Shown here: one piece after another, positions 24,581 through 36,832 of the stretch
How the letters are laid out: each line of letters begins with the position of its first letter
Numbering within the stretch: the stretch's first letter is position 1
Translations under genes and position numbers: made by a program
Assembly: GCA_051313645.2 (NCBI GenBank)
Contig: JBNRSN020000007.1
Span: forward strand, 252,216,001-252,280,000
Reading direction: 5' to 3'
Length of the DNA: 64,000 nt
Source of the DNA: Centroscyllium fabricii
Lineage: Eukaryota
Notes under the pieces: generated by a model
Seen by the model: only the letters and a program-made list of their open reading frames with translations
The model's database searches: none
Told to the model about the DNA's origin: nothing

Positions 24581-25734
24581 GTCTTTTGCATGTCAATGAT
24601 AAGTTTTAGTGCATCTATCAGTTACAGTGCTGATTACACGACCCTGACAACACAGCCTCAATTCCAAGTTTACATGAGCTCATCTTAACCTTACTAAGTA
24701 ATATTTCTGGTCTGGAAATGTTTTCACAGAACCTTTCAAATGGTCTCTGTTTTAACAAGGAAAAATGTCCTCATATCTCCAAGACCGAAAGGAATTGGTT
24801 TCAAATATGGTCCCTAATAGCCATCAGAAATTGTGACCTCTATCATCATTCACTTAGCTTTCTTTAAACACAAGAATAATTGCCAATGACCCATATCCAG
24901 ACTTTCTTTGTAACTAGTGCAGATAATTTGTCATGAGATTATGCACTCTGATTGACCATTATAGTATATCCAAAACAAAATAAAATTGGATCTCCGTCAG
25001 CAGCTCAAGTCAAGCTATAAAACTAAGCAGAAGTACATTGCGTAGTATTGTAAACATCCTGTAAACATTTCATAGGAGGGTCTTGCAGAATTTATTCCAA
25101 ATCCCTACGAGAAACCCGGTGGACACTTCATCACTACAGGACAATTTCTGTGATATTCTAGAAACTCTCAGGGTGCATTCCAATAAAAAATAAAACTACC
25201 CTCAAACTTCTTTTTTTATAAACATCGTAATGAACTGCTAATTATCAGTGACTTCATCTTATGACTTGAGCATCTTTATAGATTATAATGGAAGTCAAAC
25301 AGGACAGGCGTTTGCTCATGTGGGGAGTTTTGTATTAATAAGATTCCACTAAACTCTGCTTCCGTTTGAAGTGGACATACGAGCTATAATTCTCCAGAGG
25401 ATACCACTGCTTTTACTGAAATGAATCAATGCATGAAAATAATTAATCAATCATTCAGTATCTCCACTAACGGCCTTCAAAATTATTTTGGGATACACAC
25501 AAAAAAAGATTCTTCAAGGAATTCAACTTGTTTCAAAGGATGGTTAAAAATACTATACATTTTTCACCAATTCATATGCAAACCACTATGTTTTCTATCT
25601 TCTAGCCAAATTTTAAAAGCATTTTCCTGGCACATTTGGCATGAAGACTTAAAAAAAAACTTAACAAGACATTTCCTAAAGTTGTGCCAAGTACTTTGAA
25701 TATATTTCCTGTTTCTGTTAATAGCACATCGTCT

Positions 25735-25748
25735 CCACTAGGTGGCAG
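25735..25748 (+). promoter_or_regulatory. Consensus CTCF motif
   Basis: CCACTAGGTGGCAG matches the CTCF core consensus and lies in non-repeat sequence. Confidence 0.45.
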
Positions 25749-25911
25749 GAGAAGAACTGAACAGATGCAACTAGAAGGAAAGTTATTTCACTACAGATCT
25801 CGGCTCACCTGTAGTGGAAACCACTGTGTGTGTACAAGATAGTCTTTAATCTTTAATCATATGCAAGATGAAGTCAAATTAAATAAATCTGTTAGTAAGA
25901 GAATACATAAT

Positions 25912-26120
25912 ACCCTCCCTAAACCCCTCCACAATCTCCCCCGCCGCCCCCCTCCCTTTAAGATGCTCCTTAAAACCTACCTCTTTGACCAAGCTTTTGG
26001 TCATCTGACCCAATATCGCCTTATGTGGCTCGATGTCAAACATTTGTTTGATAACGCTCCTGTGAAGTGCCTGGCGATGTTTTACTATGTAAAAGGCGCT
26101 ATATAAATGCAAGTTGTTGT
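25912..26120 (+). mobile_element. L2 LINE 3' end
   Basis: FKMLLKTYLFDQAF plus tail ggcgctatataaatgcaagttgttg. Confidence 0.75.
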
Positions 26121-26206
26121 ATATAATTGTACGTACATATCTAAAATTGTATTTCATATAGCTCATGGTGCAATGCAGTTAGACAGCAGTAGGTGTAGTT
26201 AATAGA

Positions 26207-26445
26207 TAGAAACATAGAAACTAGGAGCAGGAGTAGGCCATTCGGCCCTTCGAGCCTGCTCCGCCATTCAATGAGATCATGGCTGATCATCCAAATCCAG
26301 CACCCTGTCCCTGCCTTTTCCCCGCACCCCTATCGAGCCTGCACTGACACATATCCCACCCTATCCCCGTAACCCCACATATTTAATCCCCCTAACACTA
26401 AGGGCCAATTTATCCTGGCCAATCAACCTAACCCGCACATCTTTA
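26207..26445 (-). mobile_element. HE1-type V-SINE, 5'-truncated
   Basis: Near-identical to the 3' half of the SINE at 26786-27178. Confidence 0.85.
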
Positions 26446-26785
26446 GACTTTGGACATTAATGGTACATTGTAGCTGCTGTGTGGTACGCATTGATAGTGT
26501 GTCATAGTATGTTTTGTAATATCTGTGTAGATGCTGTGTAGGTACACATTTTGCTTTAGAATTTGTAGTAGCGCCAGTTGAAAATGAGTATATGTTGCAT
26601 TGTACTTGCACATTGCGCAGTTGTACGTATAGCACATGTTGAGAAGCAAAGGTTGCATCGTAGAATGTGTAACTGTGTCGTACATACTGTGCATCAATAG
26701 GTACGCAGTAGTACACCTGGAGCAGTTGCTGCAGTTACTGGTACATGCTGAGTAGCAGAACATGCAGCGGTGTTGATTGTAGTCC

Positions 26786-27178
26786 ATAGAAACATAGAAA
26801 CTGGGAGCAGGAGTAGGCCATTCGGCCCTTCGAGCCTGCTCCGCCATTCAATGAGATCATGGCTGATCATCCAAACCCAGTACCCCGCCCCTGCCCTCCC
26901 CCCACATCCCTATCGAGCCTGCATGGACACATATCCCACCCTATCCCCGTAACCCCACATATTCAATCCCCCTAACACTAAGGGTCAATTTATCCTGGCC
27001 AATCAACCTAACCCGCACATCTTTGGACTGTGGGAGGAAACCGGAGCACCCGGAGGAAACCCACGCAGACACGGGGAGAATGTGCAAACTCCACACAGAT
27101 AGTACCCGAGGCTGGATTTGAACCCGGGTCTCCAGTGCTGTGAGACAACAGTACTAACCACTGTGCCACCGTGCCGTC
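26786..27178 (-). mobile_element. HE1-type V-SINE, full length
   Basis: tRNA head with A/B boxes, V-domain tgtggagtttgcacattctccccgtgtctgcgtgggtttcctccgg, HER1 LINE tail. Confidence 0.92.
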
Positions 27179-27344
27179 CATGTTGTGTAATAGCACACGT
27201 TTTAGGAACAATAATTTTTTTTACAAAATAAGTCATGTTATAGTGGTTCTGACAGCAACTAAGAGGTATTGCACGAACGTGGCTTTTTAAAATAAAAATA
27301 CAATTCTGTAAGGTGTCTCCAAGAAAACAGAATAATCTCCAGGG

Positions 27345-27705
27345 TTAGAAAATTCTTAGCGGGCTTGACAGAGTAGATGCTGAGAGGTTGTTTGCCCTGG
27401 TTGGAGAGTCTAGAACTAGGGGGCATAGTCTCAGGATAAGGGGTCGGCCATTTGGGACTGAGATGAAGGAGAATAAAGAGTGGTGAATCTTTGGAACTCT
27501 TTACCCCCAGAGGACTGTGGAGGCTCAGTCTTGGATTATATTCAAGACAGAGACTGATAGATTTTTGGACACTAAGGGAATCAAGGGATATCGGGAAAGG
27601 ATGGTAAAGTGGATTTGATGTAGAAGATCAGCCATGATCTTATTGAATGGCGGAGCAGGCTCGAGGGGCTGTATGGCCTACTCCTGCTCCCTATTTCTTA
27701 AGTTC
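27345..27705 (+). mobile_element. CR1 LINE 3' fragment
   Basis: agaactagggggcatagtctcaggataaggg (TRGHSL) and HER1-like tail. Confidence 0.8.
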
Positions 27706-27964
27706 TTAACAACTTCTGCGGGTATACATGAAATTCTTAAAATATATATTTTAAGGCTCCAACTTAACTCCAAAGTATAAAACAGGCATATTTCAGATAC
27801 TACTGCAATAGCAGTATAAGGATTGAAAGAGAAAACCCACCAGCAGAGATGGGTAATAAATGGAACGTCATCAGTGTCACCCACGTGCCAAGAACAATTG
27901 GGAAAATGCAACAGAAATATAAAGACCATATCCATCACCAACTACTTGGACTATGAGAATATCT

Positions 27965-28165
27965 AAGAAGTCACACAACACCAGGTTATAGTCCAACAGT
28001 TTTATTTGAAATCACAAGCTTTCGGAGCGCTGCTCCTTAAGTCACCTGACGAAGGAGCAGACGCTCCGAAAGCTTGTGATTTCAAATAAAACTGTTGGAC
28101 TATAACCTGGTGTTGTGTGACTTCTTACATTTGTCCACCCCAGTCCAACACTGGCAACTCCACAT
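27965..28165. mobile_element. Short fold-back Penelope-derived element (pLTR plus inverted partial pLTR)
   Basis: About 75-bp inverted arms, same sequence as the pLTRs of the element at 30278-31996, flanked by duplicated tatgagaatat (27952-27962, 28166-28176). Confidence 0.85.
28042..28079 (+). ncRNA. Minimal type-I hammerhead ribozyme motif
   Basis: TCAC-CTGACGA-AGGAGCAGACGCTCC-GAA-AGCT-T-GTGA: stem I TCAC/GTGA, CUGANGA, stem II, GAAA, palindromic AGCT stem III. Confidence 0.75.
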
Positions 28166-28417
28166 TATGAGAATATAGTGCTTGGTACAGAACTCAAGTC
28201 TCTTATTTCACTGTAAACTAATATCTGACAAGAAAATTAATGACCCTTAAACAAGACACTTGTCGTTAGTTGGAGGAGGAGGACAGCGAGACAGGAAGTG
28301 ATGACAGCCTTGTGAACTCGTGATCTACCAGGCAAAAGGATATGAATGACAAGCCTTGAATGACACTGTAGTAAGGACAGGACAGGATTTCAAGTTATGC
28401 CTTGCTGGTTGCATATA

Positions 28418-29114
28418 CAGGTTGAGCACCGTTAATCCGTGTCCCGAATAGCCGGCAGCTTCAGTCTGCCGGCACAAACTGCCCCGACTGCACTGCGCAT
28501 GCGCAAAATGGCAGCCCCCATCGTGGCTTCAGCGAATGATCTGCGCATGCGCCGAGCGCATGCGCAGATCATTCAAAACAGCTGCGGGTGTTTTGAATGA
28601 TCTGCGCATTCGTCACCGGACGGTTAGCGCATGCGCAGATAATTCAATACGGCCGCCCGTTATTTTCTCGATCCGAAACAACAGAAATCTCTGGAGAAAC
28701 TCAGCAGGCCAGGCAGCATCTGAAGAAAGGTCATCGACCTGAAACGTTAACTCTGCTTCTCTCTCCACCGATGCTGCCTGGCCTGCTGAGTTTCTCCAGC
28801 GTTTTCTGTTATTACTTCAAAATGATCATAGTCACACAGCTGTTGCTTAGTGACTGAGGCGGACAGTCACTAAGCAATAGCTGTCAGCCTGAGTCCCGCT
28901 CGGCGGCAGCAGCAACCCCAAAGGCGATGGAGAGGGACGGCGGACCCGGGCCCGATCTGCGCATGCGCGCGCCAGCCAATCGCAATGCTGCGCGCATGCG
29001 CGTGGCCATTTTGCCTGGCGCGCATGCGCAGTGTCCAAACTCGTTCTCCCGGTTTTTTCCATTTCCCGGCACGGGCCTGGTCCCGCCCGTGCCCGATTAA
29101 CGGTGCTCAACCTG
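28418..29114. mobile_element. Tigger/pogo-like MITE, copy 1
   Basis: TIR CAGGTTGAGCACCGTTAATC, TA flanks, many TGCGCATGCGCA motifs. Contains a Penelope pLTR-like segment at about 28675-28815. Confidence 0.88.
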
Positions 29115-29396
29115 TACTTGAAAGCACGTTGACCAATAGCAGTTGGTGACTAGCCATGGGTGTGGCCACGGCAACCGCCACATATAATCATGTTAGTAGA
29201 AAACACCTTACATACACTCACATAACACAGAAAAGTGTACTTCACATGTGCACATGTATTAAACATCTACTTGGCAGTAACTAAGGAAGTAAAGCACTCA
29301 CAATGATCAACAAATACTCGCACACAATTTTGTATTACCATTTCACCAACAAACACACAAAAAAAGTTAAGCAAAAAAGCCATGAAAATACGAGTA

Positions 29397-29953
29397 CAGG
29401 TTGAGCACCGGTAATCCGGCACGGGCGGGACTAGGCCCGGGCCGGGAAAGTGAAAAAACCGTTAGAATGAAGTCGGTCAGTGCGCGCGCACCATTCAAAA
29501 TGGCCGCGCGCATGCGCACAACATTGGTAATGGCCGCCGAACGTCCTTGCTGAGTCTCAGCTGCAGTTTGTGCCTCCTGATGACGGCCTGCAGGCTGCTC
29601 CGGGGAACCGCGTGCTTCACCATGGCGGACGCTCGGGACTCGCACATTCAAAACGCGGTACGTGCCACCGCGCCCTGATGCCACGGAAGGCCCGGCTCGT
29701 CCGGCCGCCGTTTTGAATGATCTGCGCATGCGCTTGGCTTCCGGCGGCACGTGCGCAGATCATTCAAAACATCCGGCAGCCGTTTTGAATAATCTTCGCA
29801 TGCGCGCGCCGTTCGGCAGCGCATGCGCAGATCATTCGCCGAAGCCTCGACCGCAGTTGCCATTTTGCACATGCGCAGGGCAGTCGGGGCGATTTATACC
29901 GAACCACTGAAGTTGCCGGCGTTTCGGGTAACGGATTACCGGTGCTCAACCTG
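29397..29953. mobile_element. Tigger/pogo-like MITE, copy 2 (opposite orientation)
   Basis: TIR CAGGTTGAGCACCGGTAATCCG at both ends with TA flanks. Confidence 0.88.
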
Positions 29954-30277
29954 TATTGGGATCACATGCCCAACCACGGTGTTGATTGCTTATTTTTTAT
30001 TTACTAATCAGAAATGCAATTCGTGACATCTAGATTCCCAATTCATCACATGTGGCTAGTGCCTAATGTATTGGACAACATTACTTAAAAGTGACAGGAA
30101 AGATTACACGTATCTTCTTCAGATGGAAGCTGTGCTTAATATTTACTCTTTCAGTATCTACTTTCATCAAAATGTAGACTTTGTACTTTGACTATTGGTA
30201 TTACTTTATTTCATTAGTAAGGGACAGACAACCCCCAATACAAAAATGTTTATTCATTCTGAATTCTTAAGGTCCCC

Positions 30278-31996
30278 AGGTGTTGGACTGGGGTGGACAA
30301 ATGTAAGAAGTCACACAACGCCAGGTTATAGTCCAACAGTTTTATTTGAAATCACAAGCTTTCGGAGTGTTGCTCCTTCGTCAGGTGAAGTGAAGAGATG
30401 CATATAGGCACAGCATATATAGTCAGAAAACAATGCTAGATGATTACGGACCCACGGCGAAGAATCACTGAAAAGACTACACAATAACATCAACAAGTTC
30501 CATCCCACCATCAAACTCACCATCGGCTACTCCTCAGAATCGGTTTCATTCTTGGATACACGAATCTCCATCATAGACAGTGACCTCAGCGCTTCACTCT
30601 ACCGCAAGCCCACGGACAACCTCACGATGCTCCACTTCTCCAGCTTCCACCCTAACCACGTTAAAGAAGCCATCCCCTATGGACAAGCCCTGCGAATACA
30701 CAGGATCTGTTCAGACGAGGCGGAACGCGATGGACACCTACAGACGCTGAAAAACACCCTCGTAAGAACGGGATATGACACTCGACTCGTCGATCGACAG
30801 TTCCGGCGGGCCACAGCGAAAAATCGCATAGACCTCCTCAGAAGACAAACATGGGACACAACCAACAGAGTACCCTTCGTCGTCCAGTACTTCCCTGAAG
30901 CGGAGAAACTACGCCATGTTCTTCGCAGCCTTCAACATGTCATTGATGACGATGAACACCTCGCTAAGGCCATCCCCACGCCTCCACTACTCGCCTTCAA
31001 ACAGCCGCCTAACCTCAAACAGATCATCGTTCGCAGCAAATTACCCAGCTTTCAGGAGAACAGCAACCACGACACCACACAACCCTGCCACGGCAACCTC
31101 TGCAAGACATGCCAGATCATCAACACAGATACCATCATCACACGTGAGGACACCACACACCAGGTACATGGTACATACATACTCATGTGACTCGGCCAAT
31201 GTTGTCTACCTCATACGTTGCAGGAAAGGATGCCCCGGAGTATGGTACATCGGCGAGACCATGCAGACACTGCGACAACGGATGAACGGACACCGCACAA
31301 CAATCGCCAAGGCAGGAGTGTTCCCTCCCAGTCGGGGAACACTTCAGCAGTCAAGGACATTCAGCCTCTGATCTTCGGGTAAGCATTCTTGAAGGTGGCC
31401 TTCGAGACACACGACAACGCAAAATCATCGAGCAGAAACTGATAGCCAAGTTCCGCACTCATGAGGACGGCCACAACCGGGATCTTGGGTTCCTGTCACG
31501 CTACATGTAACCCCACCTAACGTAGAGTCATTCAGACTCCGAGTCGTCGTTGGCTTGTTCTCTCTACACAGATGCGGCTGGACCTGCTGTGATTTCCAGC
31601 AAAACATATATTTTTAAAAAAAAATTTAATTGCTTTGTTTGTTTATTGTTTTTCATACAGCATGTGCAACATTTCACCTCTTGTGACCCCACCTCATTGT
31701 TCTTTGATGGAATGTTTTGCTGACTGACCTGTTTGGACACCATTTACACCTTTGATTGCGGTGATTATCTCTCTGCCGAGGTGTGAAAAAGAGCAGTTAG
31801 AAAAATTACCTGTAATCATCTAGCATTGTTTTCTGACTATATATGCTGTGCCTATATGCATCTTTTCACTTCACCTGATGAAGGAGCAACACTCCGAAAG
31901 CTTGTGATTTCAAATAAAACTGTTGGACTATAACCTGGTGTTGTGTGACTTCTTACATTTGTCCACCCCAGTCCAACACCGCCGGCACCTCCACAT
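30278..31996 (+). mobile_element. Penelope-like retroelement, 5'-truncated, with inverted 5' pLTR
   Basis: RT C-terminus (HPTIKLT, FLDT, LYRKPTD, AIPYGQALRIHRICS) and GIY-YIG endonuclease (NVVYLIRC...WYIGET). pLTR about 31810-31996 with an inverted copy at 30278-30445. Hammerhead motifs at 30352-30388 (-) and 31871-31907 (+). Confidence 0.92.
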
Positions 31997-32334
31997 CATA
32001 TATTAGTAACACTTTCTTCAATGAAAGCAGTTTTCCTTTGGATAGCCATAGCTTTTCAGCAATTAGGACAGGGAATTCTGGGAAATGTGTCAAAATAATT
32101 TTTCAATGAAGGTTGTAACAACCAATCAGATCAGTTGGAAGGTGGGATTCAAAGCTGTCAGAAACAATAGATAGAGGGCAGCAATGGAGCTACGGAGCCA
32201 ACGAGATTGATCAGAGGCAGGACTAAATGGTTGGTAGAACAAATTAGATTGGTTGGAGGGTGGAATGGTAAGCTACAGAACAAGACATTATTTTCTGGTA
32301 CTGTTGGCGGCACAAGAACATCAGTCAGAAAAGC

Positions 32335-32653
32335 TTTACAACAACAACAACTTGTATTTATATAGCGCCTTTAATGTAGTAAAATGTCCCAAGGCGCTTC
32401 ACAGGAGTGTTATAAAACAAAATTTGACACCGAGCCACATAAGGAGAAATTAGGGCAGATGACCAAAAGATTGGTCAAAGAGGCAGGTTTTAAGGAGTGT
32501 TTTAAAGGAGGAAAGCGAGGTTGAGGGATGGAGAGGTTTAGGGAGGAAATTTCTGAGCTAAGGGCCTAGGCAGCTGAAGGCACAACCACCAATTGTTGGG
32601 CAATTAAAATCAGGGATGCTCAAGAGGCCAGAATTAGAGGAGCGCAGATATCT

Positions 32654-32684
<31 letters not shown>

Positions 32685-33200
32685 CTGGAGGAAATTACAG
32701 ACATAGGGAAGGGCAAGGTCATGTTGGGATTTGAAAACAAGGATGAGAATTTTTTTAATTGAGGCTTTGCTTAACCAGGAACCAATGTACGTCAGCGCGC
32801 ATAGGGGTGCTGGTAAACAGGACTTGCTGCGAGTTAGGGCATGGGCAGCCGAGGTGTGGATGACCTCAAGTTTACATAGGGTAGGCCGCGTGAAGCCAGC
32901 AAGGAGTGCGTTGGAATAGTCAAGTCGAGAGGTAACAAAGGCAATCGATGAGGGTTTCCGCAGCAGATGAGCTGAGGCAAGGGCGGAGTCTGATGATGTT
33001 ACGGGGGTAGAAATAGGCGGTCTTGGATCTAGCGTGGATACGTGGTCGGCAGCTTATTTCAGGGTCAAATATGACACCAAGGTTGCGAATGGTCTGGTTC
33101 AGCCTCAGACAGGTGCTAGGGCAAGGGATGGAGTCGGTGGCTAGGGAACGGAGCTTGTGGCAGAGTGAAGAAAATGGCTTTGGTCTTCCCAATATTTAAT
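32335..33200 (-). mobile_element. L2 LINE 3' fragment containing a poly-G run (about 32654-32685)
   Basis: RNLGVIFDP, IGGCAFSCLGP motifs and L2 tail. Confidence 0.8.
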
Positions 33201-33336
33201 CAAGATAAGTAGATGACTTTGAGAATTACAGTTCGCATTTATGCCAAACGATTAAGTTACAAGGAAAGACTGGAGAAAATGGTGCTCTTTGACTTTCAAA
33301 TGAAGTGACAGAGAGAGGGCCTTCTAGATGTATATA

Positions 33337-33897
33337 CAGGTTGAGCACCGTTAATCCGTTACCCGAAAAACCGGCAGCTTCGAACGTCCGGCAATAATTT
33401 CCCCGACTGCGCCGCGCATGCACAAAATGGCCACCGCGAGCGCATGAGCAGATCATTCACAATGGTCTCTCCGAGCCGATAGCGGGCTGAGCCGGGACTC
33501 CCCGAACGTGGGCTGTGCCGGGATTCCCTGAACGCGGGCTGGGCCGGGACTCCCCGAACGCGGGCTGGGCCGGGATTCCCCGAACGCGGGCTGGGCCGGG
33601 ATTCCCCGAACGCGGGCTGGGCCGGGATTCCCCGAACGCGGGCTGGGCCGGGATTCCCTGAACGTGGGCTGGGCCGGGATTCCCCGAACGCGGGCCGAGA
33701 CTATCCGAACGATGCTGGGCCGGGACTCACCGAACGATAAGCGCATGCGCAGACCACTCTAAATGGCCGCCGGCCTTTTGCGGCAGCCATTTTGAAAGGT
33801 CTGCGCATGCGCTCTCCGAAGCTTCAATCGTTCGGAATTTTCACTTTCCCGGCACTGGCCTGGTCCTGCCCGTGCCGGAATAACGGTGCTCAACCTG
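33337..33897. mobile_element. Tigger/pogo-like MITE, copy 3
   Basis: Both TIRs present, TA flanks, internal minisatellite. Confidence 0.88.
33484..33691. repeat. GC-rich minisatellite, 8 x 26 bp (plus 2 degenerate units)
   Basis: Unit gggctgggccgggattccccgaacgc. Confidence 0.95.
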
Positions 33898-33939
33898 TAT
33901 TAAATATTCACAGCTATGGTTGTGTTGTGGTTATGTTAT

Positions 33940-34032
33940 TAGGAGCTTGCAAGATCACATTTCGTTGTTCATGTACTTGTACATTGTATAATGACAATAA
34001 AAGTTGAATTATTATTATTATTATTATTATTA
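33940..34032 (+). mobile_element. 5'-truncated tail shared with the 5S-SINE (or its partner LINE)
   Basis: Matches the reverse complement of 7532-7616 and ends in (TTA)n. Confidence 0.8.
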
Positions 34033-35567
34033 GTCTAGCAACCCAGAGGATGTGAGCTCAAATCCCACCATAAATTTGGTTGGCACCAGGAGAAGTAAAA
34101 CTGCCAGATCTTTGCACAAAACCAAATGGTTCATTAATGTCCTTTATGGAAGGAAATCTCCAGTTGGTTGACTTTTATTACCTACTGCAGCGGCCGAGCT
34201 AAAGAGGCAGCAATGGTCCAGTTGGCAATAAATTTGCCTTGCCAATGTTGGCCATATCCCAAGTCTAATTTTTTTTAATGATATAGATAAGATTAAGAAA
34301 TCCCTCCCTAAACCTCTCCATCCCTTGCAAGGTCCTCCTTAAAACTTACCTCTGACTAAGCTTTTAGTCACCCTCTGAATATCTCCTTCTTGGGCTTGGT
34401 GTCAATATTTATTTGATTACATTTCTATGAAGCGCCTTGGGATGTTATTGCAGTGTGTAATGATTTTTATTTCCAGTACAAGTAAAGGGCCAAAAGAGCT
34501 AAATAAACTAGAAATTACTGCTGGCAAAAATACTGGTTGAGCTTTTAATACATTTCTTTGTCTATTGTTTAAACTGGTTTATTTTAAATGGGCCAATACC
34601 TCCATTAAAATAACAGACAGAGGAATGTCATGCAAGTGTTCATCATTTAATCTCACCAACAGTAATTTATACCCTCCTGTTTTATGGTTCTAGAATCAAC
34701 TGTTTGAAATGCGTAGCAGATCAGGATCAGAGAGTGAAAAGGGACAGGTTCATGATTGGATATGACCCAGAACTCGTTTCTAAGGTTTTGTTTCATTGAT
34801 ATTGATAAACCCATATCCCACCCTGAAGCTTCTTAAAAATAAAACCTGTTAGATCAGCGTACTCCCACTTGCTTCTGGACTGCCATAGGGTCCACAACCA
34901 GCACGCGTGCAACAGTGAAACCGTTTTGTGCGTGTGACAGGCTTCATTAACAAGCTATCTGGCATGAGATTCACAATGAAACAGATACATTTATTTTCAT
35001 ATTTAAATTATCTGTAATTCTCCCCAGCGAAATGATTTTTTATGTGGAAAGACAGAATTACAGTGACCATCTAAATCTAGAAAATGCACCAAATAAAGTG
35101 TAAAATTCAAAAATAAATTGGAGGGCTGGATCATTCTCCCAAAATAAATCTCCTACCTTCAGCATACACATTCCCTGCAGTAATCTCTAAATCCACCACT
35201 GCTGCAAACTGTGCTTTTGTGTATTTTAGATTTTGTCTCCATCAAATACAAGTGTTCACCTAAACTTAAATCATTCAAGGTCCTTCCTACTTCTTCCATA
35301 TGAAACCTGATCATAAAATCTATAAAAGAGAGAGGTGGTGCCTTGACATCCAAGTGTTGTGGGCCCACGAGTCTCTTACATGAAGCCCAGATCCCTTATT
35401 GGTGTCAAAGCAGAGGAAAAATTCAGAGTGAAACGTTGGGGAAAAACAATGAGAATTAGATGTGCAATGCACAAAATTAGAGAAAAGAGACTGGACATTA
35501 AATTGTGACTCCTCAACAATCAGCAGCCCAGAGCAATGAGTCTAGAAATGAGAATTGGTTCTATGTA

Positions 35568-35780
35568 CAGGTTGAGCACCGCTAATCCGGTAACCAAAAA
35601 GCCGGCAACTTCGGTTGTCCGGCATAAATTGCCCTGACTGTCCTGCGCATGCGCAAAATGGCTGCCGCAGTCGATGCTTTGGCGAATGATCTGCGCATGC
35701 GCCGCCGAACGACGAGCGCATATCATTCAAACGGCCACCAGAAGTTTTGAATGATCTGTGCATGCGCCGCCGAACGGCCA
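35568..35780. mobile_element. Tigger/pogo-like MITE, copy 4 (one end only)
   Basis: TA+CAGGTTGAGCACCG left end. No right TIR seen. Confidence 0.75.
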
Positions 35781-36169
35781 AATTCCCTTCCTCCTTTCCC
35801 TGACCCCTCTCCCCTCCCAAATCTCCATCCCCTCACCTTGCACCCCCAGTCTCTGCTCCCTCCTCTCTCTTCCCCTTCCTCTCCCCTCCCCTCACCAGGT
35901 ACCTCCTCAATCCCTTCCTCTTCTTTTCCCCCTCCCCCACATTGGTTCCATTACCCCCCCACCCTCTAACCCAGCCTGATCCAACACATTCTAATTGGTC
36001 TGGACCACCTAGATACAACACCACGGGATATGGATTTGCACATTGTAAAAACTCAGCTTCAGTGGTTAGAAAATCTGTCAGACACATAACAGTAAGGGAA
36101 GGTCCAACAAGATCCAAAACTTGATAGACCCTAAACCAACAAAATAAATGTTGCACTTGGCAACAAGTG

Positions 36170-36810
36170 TCAGTTTGGCTCAATTGCTCATACACTTGTC
36201 TCCGTCAGAAAGTTGTGGGTTCATGCCTCGCTTTGGATTTCAGCAAATATAGGCTGAAACTCCAGTGCCATACTGAGGGACCATGATATGGAGGTGCCGG
36301 TGTTGGACTGGGGTGGACAATTGTAAGAAGTCACACAACACCAGGTTATAGTCCAACAGTTTTATTTGAAATCACAAGCTTTCGGAGCGTAGCTCCTTCA
36401 TCAGGTGTATCATATCTGAAAGGTTGTGATTTCAAATAAAACTGTTGGACTATAACCTGGTGTTGTGTGACTTCTTGCAGACGGAGGGGCTGCAGTCCTG
36501 TTAGAGGCGCAGTTAGTCGATAGAAACACTAAACCGAGGCCCCTCTGCCTGCTCAGGTGGCTATAAAAGATCCAACAGCACAATTTGAAGAGCAGGGCAT
36601 ACACATGATGTCCTAGCCAATATCCCTTCCCCAGGCAACATCACCAAAACAAGATTATCTGGTCATTCATTTATTGGAACCTTACTGTGCAGAAAATAGC
36701 TGCTATGTTTGCCTACATCGCAATTACTGCAAAAGTAATCTATTGGTTGTAAAGCACTGCGGGACGTTCTGAGGATGTGATATGGTGCTATATAAATGCA
36801 TTTTTTTTCT
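36170..36810 (+). mobile_element. Deu-domain SINE interrupted by a short Penelope fold-back element (about 36287-36478)
   Basis: SINE head and tail on either side. The insert carries a pLTR with a hammerhead motif at 36372-36407 (-). Confidence 0.75.
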
Positions 36811-36832
36811 TTTGGCTAATAGAGCGCAAATA

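Noticed and set aside
26443-26847. Cys-rich 134-aa ORF
   Set aside because: Starts inside a SINE tail, and the composition follows from low-complexity TG/CA-rich DNA.
32654-32685. Poly-G tract as a functional element
   Set aside because: Homopolymer expansion inside an L2 fragment, and its length is unreliable in assemblies.
33484-33735. CRISPR array or repetitive protein (ORF 33453-33746)
   Set aside because: Spacerless 26-bp minisatellite. The unit is not a multiple of three, so the ORF is an artefact.
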